Assembly (NCBI GenBank): GCA_964019335.1
Contig: OZ025690.1
Coordinates: forward strand, 248,001-312,000
DNA: 64,000 bases
Direction: 5' to 3'
Source: Diplonema japonicum
Lineage: Eukaryota > Protista > Euglenozoa: Diplonemea
Shown here: one piece after another, positions 23,187-34,452 of the stretch
Layout: the number at the start of each line of letters is the position of its first letter
Numbering within the stretch: position 1 is the first letter of the stretch
Program-made: the position numbers and the translations under genes
The notes under the pieces: generated by a model
The model's database searches: none
What the model was told of the DNA's origin: nothing
What the model saw: only the letters and a program-made list of their open reading frames with translations

Positions 23187-23323
23187 AAGATAATTGAAAA
23201 GAAAGTCGAACTTTGTTAAATGGCGGTGGTAGAAGGTGAGAACTCAGAGAGAAATCAGATTGCTAAAATGGTACTATCGCAGAATAAGAAGGTTTGGGAG
23301 AGGAAGGAAAAGGACACAAAAAG

Positions 23324-23740
23324 CTCAAAGTACAGGACAAGCCCCCCGCTAGAGGGCCGCCCAATGGGAGGGGGGGGTCTATCTGTTAATACTCCCCTTC
23401 TGGAGCATTGCTTTCATCCCGATTGAAGCCGTGAGCGTCTTGCGGAGTCGTGTGATGCGGTCCCGCTTGTAGTCGGCTTTCAATTCCATTAGCTTGTCGT
23501 GCGTGGAGCGGGTGGCGAAAATAGGCCTCCTGGAGAAACCAATAGCTGCCTTTCCTCCAATGGCGATGAGGGACTTCACTCTTTTTCTCTCGTCCGCTGG
23601 GAAGGGGCGTCGCTTCTTCCGTGCCCTGCTGTGTTTACCTTTACGATGAGAGCTTTGATTCTGCGCGCCCTATCTTCCAGCAGGCCTCCCAAAGACTTTC
23701 CGGTCGTCCATTCGAAGTCAATGGCCAGTTCCACCGCCGC
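23324..23740 (-). mobile_element. LINE 3' fragment with tail 4 (frameshifted)
   Basis: VELAIDFEWTTG...SLIAIGG...GFSRRPIFA is homologous to the C-termini of the 16427 and 34904 ORFs; ~23324-23570 nearly identical to 55198-55450. Confidence 0.8.
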
Positions 23741-23852
23741 CAAAAAAAAAAAAAAAAAGAGACATTTAAGGGTACCTGCGGTATGTGGCAGGACGCCTAA
23801 AAAATAATCGGAATAACTTCTTCTTCCAGGCTTCGCCTTTAGCAAAGAAAAA

Positions 23853-23968
23853 GGCCAATCTGAGTCGACAGTCGGCTCCAAAGTGTACCATAAAGCACTA
23901 GTAGCACATGGGGTGGTTTACGACACATTTCGAGTGCGCTTCAAATACGTGGTCACCACTCAGACATG
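23853..23968. repeat. Dispersed repeat (copy at ~27101-27216; diverged relatives at ~56700-56815 and ~57903-57992)
   Basis: Shared ggctcca(a)agtgtaccata..gtac/gcac..ggggtgg motif. Confidence 0.7.
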
Positions 23969-24301
23969 TAAAATATTACTTTTGAATCCACAAAAACAAG
24001 TGCTTCTGTTCATTATAAAAATAAATAATAATAAAGACCACCTCGTTCACCAGGTTAGAAAAGAACGGGGTCGAGAAAGTTGTTTGGGAGGAAGGAAAAG
24101 GACAAAATTCAATCTTTTAAAGTCGCTGCCCAACATACACACCAAATCCACAATAACAAGTGTTTCGGTTCATCAAACAATAAAATAAAATAAAGACCAC
24201 GTGCATCAAGCTAGAAAGAAAGGGGTCTTGGGGGAAAGGGGAAGGGGGGGTTGAAGGGAAAAGAAGAAAGAACCAATATAATAAGAGACACAGAAGAAAA
24301 G

Positions 24302-26707
24302 TCACTGTCCCACCCCCTTCAGAGCATCCAAGTATGAGACAGAAGGGTTTGCCTCCCTCCCCTCAAAGGGTAAACAGGGCTCCTTCCGTAACTCCTCAAT
24401 TCTCATGTACAACCCATCGCTGTGGCGGTGTTTCGCCTTGCGTTTCCTGAAGTGGCCTTCCGGTCTTGTGTCCACCTTTCCACCACAACGGGACGTCTTG
24501 AAGTGCAGCAAGGGTATGTCCTCGTCAGACGAGGATGCCTTGTACACACCTTTCACTGCCACAACTGCACTAGGACACCTGTCCGAAGAAACAAGATGAG
24601 AACAAACCTCGTCGTAATCGTCCTTCGCATCAGGGTCCGCTCCGTGAGACATGAGGAGGGACATCATTTCCCTTTCACGATGGAGATCGGAAGTAAAGTT
24701 CTGTCGCTGCCCGTTCTTCATGACAGTCACAGAGCATGAACCCCCAATACTATATTGATTCCCGAGCTGCTTCGCCACTGTGTCAGAAACAGTGTGGAGG
24801 GGGGTCCTGCCTGCATTGTCCCTTGCGTTCACGTTGGCATCGGGAGAGGCTTCTTCCAAGAGACAAACAACTAGATCTATTAAACCAGCACCGACGAAAA
24901 TATGGAGAGGAGTCTGTCCCTTGTTGTTCCTCACGTTCACATCAGCACCACTACGCAGAATGAGGGAAGCAACGAAGGGGTTCACGACAAGATGAAGTGC
25001 CGTGTTGCCTTCGTTGTCTTGTGCGTTCACATCGGAGGGAGCCGCAAGCATGTTTCGAACAATGTCAAGACTGCCATCAAGACGAACAGCAAGATGGATG
25101 GGAGTCCGTCCCTTGTTGTTCTTCAGCCTCACATCAGCACCATGACGGAGAAGGAGGGCGGTTTTGTCGTCTTTAGAGACAACAGGTAACGCAGAGACAA
25201 GATGAAGTGCCGTGTTGCCTTCATTGTCTTGTGCGTTCACATCGGGAGAGGCCGCGAGATAGTTTTGCATGGCATCAAGATCACGAGAAAAAAGAACAAA
25301 AAGATGGAGTGGGGTCTGTTTCTTTTTGTTGGTTTTCAGATTCAGGTTAGGATGGTGCCGCAACAAACAGGGTACGATCCCAGAGGAGTCATGGGCACGT
25401 GAGACAAGATGAAGCGCCGTGTTGCCCTCATTGTCTTGAACATCCACATCGGGAGAGGCCGCAAGCACGCCCCGAATAATGCTACCAACACCAGTAAGGA
25501 CAGAAAGGTGGAGAAGGGTTTGATCATTCTTATTTTTCAGGTTCACATCCGCACCGTGCCGCAACAAGACTGCCATATGATGACGAAAGGATGGTTCGCA
25601 GTACCGATTGTCTATCAAGGTTGCTGCATGGCATGCTGTGTTGCCCTTCTCATCTTGTGCATTCACATCACAAGAGGCTTCGAGCAAGAGTTCAGCGATT
25701 CCTGTATTTTTAGCAAGGTGAAGAGGTGTTTCGCTTCCACAGGTCTTTGCATTCACATCCGCACCCCATGCGAGCAAAGACGAGACAACATCGATGTGGC
25801 CTTGCTGCGAGGCTTTGTGAAGGGGTGTAGTATCGCTGCTGTTCACACAGTTGACAGCTGCACCATGTTGCAGGAGGAGGGATGCTGCTTCCGTACTTCT
25901 GGCATGATGAAGGGGACTGGTTCCGTAATAGCAACACAGGTTCGGATCAGCAGACTTCTCGAGAAGCAAGGCGATAGTACTAATGTTGTCCACTTGCGTT
26001 GCTATTATGAGAGGAGTAATATAGTTAAAATAAACCTTCAGGTTCAGCCCTGCACCAGCCTCGAGGAACATCGAGATGATTTCGGTGTTGCCTGACGCCA
26101 CAGCTGGACCGAATGGATAGCCGTAACTGTCAGCTATGCTAACACCATTCGACAGTAGGAACTGAATCATTGCAACCTGCCGACCGAGTACTGCTTCCTT
26201 GAGTGCACAGCGCATGTCTGCACCAGCAGCCAGAAGGAAATCAACACACTGGATGAAGCCCCGACGGGACATGATGTTAACCAGGTCCCGTTTCTGACCA
26301 TCATTGCACATCCCTGCCTCCATCATCGTGGCCAGCACTTCACATAGTTTCCTGTCCAAATCCTGCCGGCCCTCAACAGAGAGGTCTGTGTATTCTCCAG
26401 ATTTGTGATAAGCGAGGGACGTTACGTCCTTGCCTGCCCAACCCAACTCCTTCAGATGATGAAGTGCCACCTCTTTCTTGCTCAAGACCAGCTGCAGCTC
26501 ACTCTGATCCTCAAAGGGAAGCTCCCCAACGAGCCTGCCGTCACTGTCACCGAACACCTCCCCTTCAAAGGAGAGGTCGAAGGTGTTGACGCACATCCCG
26601 GACTGCGACGCCACCCTTTCCTTCAAGCCCGCCAAGCTCTCCATCGGGCCTACCTCCACTTCCATCCACTCACCTCCAGGGTGTTGCACCAACAGCTCAA
26701 CTGACAT
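24302..26707 (-). CDS. Ankyrin-repeat protein with N-terminal ubiquitin-like domain (long paralogue)
   Basis: MSVELLVQHPGGEWMEVEV...LKERVA; many TPLH/TALH...GADVN repeats. Confidence 0.92.
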   Translation of the reverse strand: MSVELLVQHPGGEWMEVEVGPMESLAGLKERVASQSGMCVNTFDLSFEGEVFGDSDGRLVGELPFEDQSELQLVLSKKEVALHHLKELGWAGKDVTSLAYHKSGEYTDLSVEGRQDLDRKLCEVLATMMEAGMCNDGQKRDLVNIMSRRGFIQCVDFLLAAGADMRCALKEAVLGRQVAMIQFLLSNGVSIADSYGYPFGPAVASGNTEIISMFLEAGAGLNLKVYFNYITPLIIATQVDNISTIALLLEKSADPNLCCYYGTSPLHHARSTEAASLLLQHGAAVNCVNSSDTTPLHKASQQGHIDVVSSLLAWGADVNAKTCGSETPLHLAKNTGIAELLLEASCDVNAQDEKGNTACHAATLIDNRYCEPSFRHHMAVLLRHGADVNLKNKNDQTLLHLSVLTGVGSIIRGVLAASPDVDVQDNEGNTALHLVSRAHDSSGIVPCLLRHHPNLNLKTNKKKQTPLHLFVLFSRDLDAMQNYLAASPDVNAQDNEGNTALHLVSALPVVSKDDKTALLLRHGADVRLKNNKGRTPIHLAVRLDGSLDIVRNMLAAPSDVNAQDNEGNTALHLVVNPFVASLILRSGADVNVRNNKGQTPLHIFVGAGLIDLVVCLLEEASPDANVNARDNAGRTPLHTVSDTVAKQLGNQYSIGGSCSVTVMKNGQRQNFTSDLHREREMMSLLMSHGADPDAKDDYDEVCSHLVSSDRCPSAVVAVKGVYKASSSDEDIPLLHFKTSRCGGKVDTRPEGHFRKRKAKHRHSDGLYMRIEELRKEPCLPFEGREANPSVSYLDALKGVGQ

Positions 26708-27274
26708 TCTATTTTTTTTTTTTTTTTTTTCCTTTTTTGTTTCTAACCAAAGGTTTGTGTTGTGAAACATGAAACAAAAGATGGAGAAGCAAACATGAAC
26801 GTTCTTTCGTTGTGCGGGAGGGAAAAAGAGATAGGGGAAAGGAAAGAAAAAAATTGGGAAAAAACAGTCTAACTTTGTTAAATGGTGGTGGTAAAGGGTA
26901 AGAAGCGAGAAGGAAATCAGATTGTTAACAGAAATAGTCTACGTAAATAAAGAAGAAGGTTTGCGAGAGGAAGGAAAGGACAATAAAAGAAAAAATCGTC
27001 GGATAAAATTCTTCTTAGAAAGGGCTTCATTCTCCTTCACATCAAGGTGCCACAAGGTGACGGCCCCTTTAAGGGAGTAGAAGAGAAAAGCAAAGAAAAA
27101 GGCCAATCTGAGTCGACAGTCGGCTCCAAAGTGTACCATAAAGCACTAGTAGCACATGGGGTGGTTTACGACACATTTCGAGTGCGCTTCGAATCTGTGG
27201 TCACCACTCAGACATGTTAACGCTGCCAAATATTCTTTTTGAAACAACAATAAAAGTGTTTCTAAAAGAATAAA

Positions 27275-27631
27275 TTCACTATGATAGGAACGAAGTGGTT
27301 AGCAACGGCTACCGCCAATAAATTATATACAAGAGTTGAAGGAGGCCGGTGTTGGCGGCGCCCTGCACCAGAACTGTCTACTTGATCACAGAGGCGCACC
27401 GTAGCCGAGTTGTAGCTTCTTCTGCGTCCGCATCGTGTCCTTAATGCGTGCAGTGTGCAGTTCAACCCTAGCCGGGGCGTCCCGGGTAACCAAGATTAGG
27501 CGCTCATGCAGTTTGCTACCTGTTCTTCGTCACTCTTCGACTCAGGCGCTACCGGTGATAACTGACGTGGAGGTCAACAGCGAATAACACATTTGATGTA
27601 CTTCTTATATTCCCATGTTGTCCCCACCACC
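27275..27631 (-). mobile_element. SINE-like family A element (degenerate HDV-like ribozyme head, LINE tail 1)
   Basis: Homologous to 40545-40828 but ends in gttgctaaccacttcgttcctatcatagtgaa, the 3' end of the LINE at 34880. Confidence 0.8.
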
Positions 27632-27954
27632 ATTTTTAAATAACGCTCCGTATCCGTTAAGTGTCACAACAGAAATCGCAAAATTACGGGGCTACAACAA
27701 AATTTCCAATTGCTTTTTCTCAGGCTGGAATGGATTCATTTGCGTCCGGGACATTTCTTTTTTGATCTTTCCTTCGTGTGGCCCTGGGGGGGCCTAGGGG
27801 AGAACCACTATGGACAACGGTCGGGTCACTTAACGGATGCGGAGCGTAAAAATAAAGACCACCTCGTGCATTAGGTTAGAAAAGAACGGGGTCTTAGGAA
27901 ACAGGGGGGTCAAAGGAAACGAAGAAAAAACCAATTAAACTCTTCGAATTTCAT

Positions 27955-29208
27955 TTACAACCCATTGCTGTGGCGGCCCTTCAGAGCATCCAAATATGAC
28001 ATAGGCAACCCATTGCTGTAGCGGTGTTTCGCTTTGCCTCTCCTGAAGTGGCCTACATGGCAGGTTGTGTTGTCCCTCTCATCTTGTGCATTCACATCAC
28101 AAGAGGCTTCGAGCAAGAGTTCAGCGATTCCTGTATTTTTAGCAAGGTGAAGAGGTGTTTCGTTTCCACAGGTCTTTGCATTCACATCCGCACCCCATGC
28201 GAGCAAAGACGAGACAACATCGATGTGGCCTTGCTGCGAGGCATTGTGAAGGGGTGTCTTATTATCATCGCTGCTGTTCACATAGTTGACAGCTGCACCA
28301 TGTTGCAGGAGGAGGGATGCTGCTCCGGCACTTTTGGCATATTGAAGGGGACTGGCTCCGCAAAAGTCAATCAGGTTCGGATCAGCAGACTTCTCGAGAA
28401 GCAAGGCGATGATACCAATGCTGTTCCTTTGCGTTGCTAATATGAGAGGAGTATCGCCAATTCGATCTTGCAGGTTCACCCCTGCACCAGCCTCGAGTAA
28501 CATCGAGATGATTTCGATACTGCAGAACTCCACAGCAAAATTGATTGGATCGCAGCAATAGCCATCTATGTGAGCACCAATCGACAGTAAGAACTGAAGC
28601 ATTGCAACCTGCTGACCGGCCACTGCTTCGCAGAGCACACTGTACATGTCTGCACCAGCAACCAGAAGGAAATCAACACACTGGATGAAGCCCCGATGGG
28701 ACATGTTGTTAACCAGGTTGCGTTTCTCATCATCATTGCACATCCCTGCCTCCATCATCGTGGCCAGCACTTCACATAGCTTACTGTCCAAGTCCTGCCG
28801 GCCCTCAACAGAGAGTTGTTCGTCGTTTTGTAGAGTTTCGGAAGAGATTTCAGTTTCGTAAGAGCGGGATGTTTCATCCTCGTCCGCCCAACCTTTTCCA
28901 GATGTGTAGTTAGCGAGGGACATTACACCCTTGCCTGCCCAACCCAACTCCTTCAGACGATGAAGTGCCACCTCTTTCTTGCTCAAGACCAGCTGCAGCT
29001 CACTCCGATCCCCAAAGGGAAGCTCCCCAACGAGCCTGCCGTCACTGTCACCGAACACCTCCCCTTCAAAGGAGAGGTCGAAGGTGTTGACGCACATCCC
29101 GGACTGCGACGCCACCCTTTCCTTCAAGCCCGCCAAGCTCTCCATCGGGCCTACCTCCACTTCCATCCACTCACCTCCAGGGTGTTGCACCAACAGCTCA
29201 ACTGACAT
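27955..29208 (-). CDS. Ankyrin-repeat protein with N-terminal ubiquitin-like domain (short paralogue)
   Basis: Near-identical N-terminus to the 26707 gene with fewer repeats; tandem duplicate. Confidence 0.9.
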   Translation of the reverse strand: MSVELLVQHPGGEWMEVEVGPMESLAGLKERVASQSGMCVNTFDLSFEGEVFGDSDGRLVGELPFGDRSELQLVLSKKEVALHRLKELGWAGKGVMSLANYTSGKGWADEDETSRSYETEISSETLQNDEQLSVEGRQDLDSKLCEVLATMMEAGMCNDDEKRNLVNNMSHRGFIQCVDFLLVAGADMYSVLCEAVAGQQVAMLQFLLSIGAHIDGYCCDPINFAVEFCSIEIISMLLEAGAGVNLQDRIGDTPLILATQRNSIGIIALLLEKSADPNLIDFCGASPLQYAKSAGAASLLLQHGAAVNYVNSSDDNKTPLHNASQQGHIDVVSSLLAWGADVNAKTCGNETPLHLAKNTGIAELLLEASCDVNAQDERDNTTCHVGHFRRGKAKHRYSNGLPMSYLDALKGRHSNGL

Positions 29209-29327
29209 CTTATTCTTTTTTTTCCTTTTTTGTTTCTTACCTAAGTGGTGTGTGTTCGTGTTGTGAAAAGCATGAAACAAAAGACGGGGAAGCAACATGA
29301 ACGTTCCTTTTATTCGTTTCACGGATG

Positions 29328-30206
29328 TTACAAGACACAGATTTCGGGGATCGAGCACCACTCACCTTTGGCAAGCCCGGTCCGGGTGAAAAGTCTCGGC
29401 TCAACAGGCTTGCCAGGGCCGTGCTGTACTGCGGTCCCAAAGGCCTGGGTGTTGTAGAAGGCGAAGAACGACCAGACAAGAGAGGCGTCGTCGCGGCGGG
29501 CGAATATCCCACCACAGGGGGTCTTCTTGGTGCGGCAGAAGTCGACGATTGTGGCTTCTGCTGTCGAAGGTGAGAATGTGAGACGCGCAGCCAAGAGAGA
29601 CGACATGGCGTCTTCACCGCGCCCAGAAAGTGCGGCTGCCGAGGTGGGTGTTGCCCAGCATCCTGCTCCTGGGTGCCCGGCTTCACCTATACGGCCGACG
29701 GGCTTCCCTTTGTACCCACCGCTGGAGACGGTTACAACAGACTGATGCTCGCGGGTAATAATAACCCCTATTGTGTCTTCTTTGTCATTGGGTGAATGCG
29801 GTGAAGAGGAAGTGTGACTGCAACCCCCCTTTGATAGCATCACAGGTGCAAGGGTTTTCTCCCCGGTGTTGTTGCGTTGCTTGGCAAGCCGAATTGCCTC
29901 AGCTGAGGGGTTTTTCGCACTGCACCTGACCACACACCCGAGTAACCCTTCGCTTGTGACCGCTGTTGCGTCCCCTTCTGCCTTCCCTTCCTCGTTCCTG
30001 TTCCCGCCCGCACCCGCATTTGTCTTCCCGGAGTCCTCCAAGGTTGTCATCACCGCCTCCGCTGCATCCAGCAGTTCACCGTTATTTTCCAACATCAACT
30101 CTCCCTTTTTGCAAGCGGCTTTCATTAAGGTTTTGAGGTCGTCGGCCTCCAAGTGTCCAGGGTAGCTCCCCACCCCAATGTGAAGCGAGATCGTCCAGTG
30201 CGCCAT
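29328..30206 (-). CDS. Ntn-hydrolase of the asparaginase-2/taspase family
   Basis: LHIGVG, LEDSGKTNAG, D-TIG nucleophile site, SSGG...KPVGRIG, SGRGE. Confidence 0.88.
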   Translation of the reverse strand: MAHWTISLHIGVGSYPGHLEADDLKTLMKAACKKGELMLENNGELLDAAEAVMTTLEDSGKTNAGAGGNRNEEGKAEGDATAVTSEGLLGCVVRCSAKNPSAEAIRLAKQRNNTGEKTLAPVMLSKGGCSHTSSSPHSPNDKEDTIGVIITREHQSVVTVSSGGYKGKPVGRIGEAGHPGAGCWATPTSAAALSGRGEDAMSSLLAARLTFSPSTAEATIVDFCRTKKTPCGGIFARRDDASLVWSFFAFYNTQAFGTAVQHGPGKPVEPRLFTRTGLAKGEWCSIPEICVL

Positions 30207-30318
30207 TGATCTGCTTTGGGGTAGCGGGTGGGAGAGAGAAATGGGTGTCCTTTTTTCTTCTTCTTTTTTTTTCTTCTTCTTCTTTTAATCTTTTTATAAC
30301 TTTCCCCCCCCCTTTTTT

Positions 30319-31545
30319 TTATTTCGTGGTGATTCGCTTCACCCAATCATCCGTGTAAGGAGGCCTCCCGTTGTATGTATGGCACCAGTATTTATTCGCC
30401 TCCTCGTGAGACCGCTTTGCAATGTCGATCCCAGCGAACCTCCAGTACTGCTGAACGCTGCGTTCAGTGCCCAGCCCGTATTTCTCGGCCTCAACCGTAA
30501 CATATGCCTCTTTGGTGTCACGGGGCACAATTGTGCGTGATGGGTTTCTTGGGTCGGGCAGCTCCAGCAGATATTGAACTCTCCTTGCAGACCTTGACTG
30601 ATGGGTGGCCCAAGAAGGCAGAGTCTCCATCCTCGGTTTCCCGCTTCGATAGTAATGGTGGTAAAGTATATTGTCGCCGGGGGAGAAGAAGTCGTACCCG
30701 TGGGTCCACAGCCGGACTGTCATTAAGATTTCCTCGCCATGGAAAAGGAAAGGAAGATGCGGATCGAAGGGAACCTCGTGGACCATGCTACCATGGGTAA
30801 AAACAAGCCCCGCTCCCACGTACGGCTGAGGCCGGTTCGTGTTCTTAACAACCTCGTAGACAGCACCGGAGAAGGGCCCAGGATAACCGTGCCCATGCCA
30901 CATCGCGTTCCCGCACAGATGTGCTACGTAAGGCTTCGAATCGTAGTTTTGAACACCTGGCTGTGTTGCCATTGGGTAGACGGATAGAACACACTTCTCA
31001 GAAGTGCAAACATCGTGGTGCTTGATGATAAGCTCGTCCCAATGCGTTACGAATTTGTTGTGAGAATCTATCATCATGAAGTAATCCTCTCCTTTGTACA
31101 TAAGGCTGGCACGGTGGCGTGCGTAAGTAGGGCCTTTAGCTTGTTGAGCATCCATGTCCTCAAGGGTTATGTTAAACTTTTCGATGTCGGATGCAGACCA
31201 CTCAGGTGGAATGCAAATTTCGTCGTCGGACTTAATGTCACGTTGGCAAACGATTCCGATGTGGATTCTTGTGAAGTTCTTCGCTTTTTTGCGCATGTCT
31301 CGAAGGGTTTCTTGGGCCTCGTTGTCCCTGAACGCGGCGATATTGACGAAAATGGTGCGCTCGTCGCTCGGTTTGTCAATGTTTCGCCTCGACGGCCCCC
31401 TTTTCAGCACAGCTGCTCCAGAAGTGTGAGGCGACGCAAGATTTCCCTGATCCCCCGAAAAATTACCATGCATAGCGAGCACCCAAATCAATGTGGCAAC
31501 TCCCGGAGTGATTACCAGTAGCAATTTTTTTGTTTTGTTGGCCAT
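30319..31545 (-). CDS. GT60-family GlcNAc transferase (Skp1 Gnt1 / polypeptide alpha-GlcNAc-T-like), type II membrane protein
   Basis: IFVNIAAFRD, AKGPTYAR, MIDSH, VPFDPHLPFLFHGEEI, RLWTHGYDFFSP, YGLGTERS. Confidence 0.92.
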   Translation of the reverse strand: MANKTKKLLLVITPGVATLIWVLAMHGNFSGDQGNLASPHTSGAAVLKRGPSRRNIDKPSDERTIFVNIAAFRDNEAQETLRDMRKKAKNFTRIHIGIVCQRDIKSDDEICIPPEWSASDIEKFNITLEDMDAQQAKGPTYARHRASLMYKGEDYFMMIDSHNKFVTHWDELIIKHHDVCTSEKCVLSVYPMATQPGVQNYDSKPYVAHLCGNAMWHGHGYPGPFSGAVYEVVKNTNRPQPYVGAGLVFTHGSMVHEVPFDPHLPFLFHGEEILMTVRLWTHGYDFFSPGDNILYHHYYRSGKPRMETLPSWATHQSRSARRVQYLLELPDPRNPSRTIVPRDTKEAYVTVEAEKYGLGTERSVQQYWRFAGIDIAKRSHEEANKYWCHTYNGRPPYTDDWVKRITTK

Positions 31546-32124
31546 ATATATTTATTTTTATATTTCCCTTTTACACACCCCCCCCCTACCCTCTTCCTCT
31601 TTGTGGGTTAGAATGGAAAGTGAAGAAAAGCAGAGGAGGAAAAAAGAAAGAAAACAAAAAAAGAAGAAAGGGGTAAAAAAAAAGAAAAATCTATCTATTT
31701 GAAAGGAGGGTCTAATAGGAAAAAAAAAGGGGGGGGCGTGGGTGGGAAGAAGAGGGGGAGAAAAAAAAAAATAGTGGGGAGGGAAAAGAAGGGAGAAAAA
31801 AAAAATAGATTATTGACACGGTAAAGGGGGAAGGAGTGGGAACTGGGGAAAGGAGAAGGAGGGAGAGGGGAAGAGCAGGCAATAGGGCCCGTCTTTTTTT
31901 TTTTTTTCTCTTTTTTTTTCTTCTTATGGTTAACCAATATTTTATCCACTAACAGCGCTGGCCTTGTAAATGCAGATCACACCTCTTTTCTCTTTGTTGA
32001 TCATTTACATTAACAATTTCTTTTTTCTTTTGCTAATCATGAAAAATAAGAGGATAAAAAAAAGGGAGGGAGGGGGGGAGAACATAAAAGAAGAAAAATG
32101 GAAATGTACAAAAATCTAGCAACA

Positions 32125-32159
<35 letters not shown>

Positions 32160-32174
32160 TAAAATCACCACACT

Positions 32175-32227
<53 letters not shown>

Positions 32228-32239
32228 AAAAGAAAAAAA

Positions 32240-34452
32240 TCACTCCACTTTTTCCGCCTTTTTAGCACGAATGCGAGAGATGAGCTCTGCCTTGCTACCG
32301 TTCAACTGTTATAAAAATGGGGGGTATATAAAAATATTTTTTTTTTAAAAAAAAATTCTCACACCTTAAGGCCAAGGTCTTTAGCAGCCGCTTTGACCGA
32401 CTTGAACTCCTGGCTGTCGAGGTCATCATCGGGCGAATCCTGAGCCTCCTCGTCTTTTAAGGCCTTGTTAGGTGAGGCCGCTGGGGTGTCGAAGAGCTCG
32501 CTCTCTTCCTCATCTTCGTTGACGTTGATGTCATCTTCATCAACAGCACCGAATGTGACCGATCGCCTTACGGGCAACGACCGACGCTTCTTGTTAGGCG
32601 GTGAGACTTGTTCGGCGTCTTCCTCATCATTGCTGATCATAGAGAAGTTCCTCCTCCTAGCTTGCCTCTGCAGCTTCGACTTGAGCAGTTCGTAGTCAGT
32701 GCGGTAGTTATTTGCGACGGTTTCAAGCTTCTTAGTCTCTGCGTTCATTGAGTCGATCCTTTCGTTGGCCTGGGCAATGAGGGCTTTCTTGCTTTTCTTC
32801 AGTTCCCTGATGTCCTTGTCCTTTTGCTCCACTTTCCCTCTGAGCTTCTCAGCGATAAGGGTCTGCTTCTTTGCGTTGTGCTCTTCGCACCTCACCTTGT
32901 AGTCCAGGTCTGCGTTCGCCTCCTCCAGTGTCTCGTTCTCCCTGGAGATCTCCTCGACTCTTTGCGCGAGCTCATCGAGTTCTAACTTGTTCGCCTTTAC
33001 TTCTTTCTCTACCTTCTGAACCTTTCTCTTGTAATCCTTGACTTGGTCTTTTAGTTCTTCGTTTTGCTGTTGCATTGTCAACGCGGAGTTCTGTGCTTCT
33101 TTCATGCTTTTCGCATCCTCCGTTTTCATGTTCTCGTTGGCCGCCTTCAGCCTCTCGTTCTCCTCGTTCAAGTCCTCGATCTGCGATTCGAGCTCCGCCT
33201 TCGCGTTCTCAAGATCCCTGCTCTCGTCCTCCTTCAGTTTTAGTGCTGCTTGTGCGTCGACGACGTGGTTCTTCGCGGCGGTCATGTCCTTCCTGTGCTT
33301 CTCGACAAGGCTGTGCTGGTCCTTCTTCTCCTTTGAGATCTGTTCCGTCTTAAACCCAAGCGCCGTGTCCTTCTCGATAATGTCACTTTCGAGTGCGTCG
33401 ATCTTGTGAGTGAGCTCCGAAACCTTCTTCTGAGCTTTTTTCAGCTCCGCCACCACGTCTTGGTGGGTGTCCTTGTGTACTCTGGTTTCCTCTTGAAGCT
33501 GTTCAAGCTCAGCGGAGAGGGCGTCTGCTCTGTCAAGAACCTGTTGTTTGGATTCGGCAAGTGCGTCGTGTTGTGTTTGCGACTTCTGGATGCGTGCTGT
33601 GAGGCTGTCGACATGTTCGGTTTTCTCGTCGAGTTCCAATGTGAGGCTTTCGATCTTCTCGTTGAGGGACTTTGCGTGCGCGTCGGCTTCGTCCCTTACA
33701 TCGGAAAGCGTGGCACGAAGCGCTACAAGGTTGCCCTCAGCTTGCTCGTACTTGTTGTTGGTTTCGGCGACATCTTCGTTGAGTTGGTGGAGGCGGGTTT
33801 CAAGAGTTTCGTTGGCGTTGTGTAGGTCGTCGTGTGCTGCGGTGAGGCCTGTGTTTTCGTTCTTAGCGTTGAGGAGCTTCTGCTGGACTGCTTCGTACTG
33901 TTCTATCATCTGCTGCAGTTTCGCGTCGGTGGTCTCCTTGTCGCCTTGCACGTTGTCGAGGGTTCCGAGGAGCTCGTCCATTTTAAGTTTCAACTCGTTC
34001 TCGCCTTTGAGCTTTTCTTCTTCCTCCCGTTTGGCTTTTCTCTCAGTTCTGTCTACCTCGCGCTGGTTGCGGGCTAGCTTTGACTCCAGCTCTGCGACCT
34101 TCTTGAAGGCGATGATGTGTTCGTCTTCTTTTTTTTGCCTGGCGCGGCGTTCTTCTTCGAGCTTTTCGTTGGCAGCTTCAAGTTGGAGCTTCGACCTGTT
34201 AACCTCAGCCTTCACTGCCTGGTACTCGCTAAGGCTTACAGTCGCCGAGCCTACAGCACCGATTTTGTTAGGTGCGCTTGGCATCGTTGACATCCTGGGC
34301 ATCAGCGACTTTCTACCCATTGCGGGGCTTATGTCGAATGTGCTCCCCGGTGCGAACGACCTCCTCCCAGGCCTATACATGCTGGGCAACGGCTGTGGCT
34401 GTGACGGCATGGCACGTTCACCCGGTGTTCCCGGTACAGCAGAGGCGGGCAT
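32240..34452 (-). CDS. Long coiled-coil nuclear protein with NLS, RVxF motif and C-terminal SAP-like domain, 2 exons
   Basis: Intron 32306-32364 yields ...VKAAAKDLGLKLNGSKAELISRIRAKKAEKVE*. Confidence 0.8.

Noticed and set aside
23324-23340. ctgtacttt in tail 4 resembling the 3' end of the euglenozoan spliced leader
   Set aside because: Only ~9 nt match, with no rest of the SL exon and no following GT donor.
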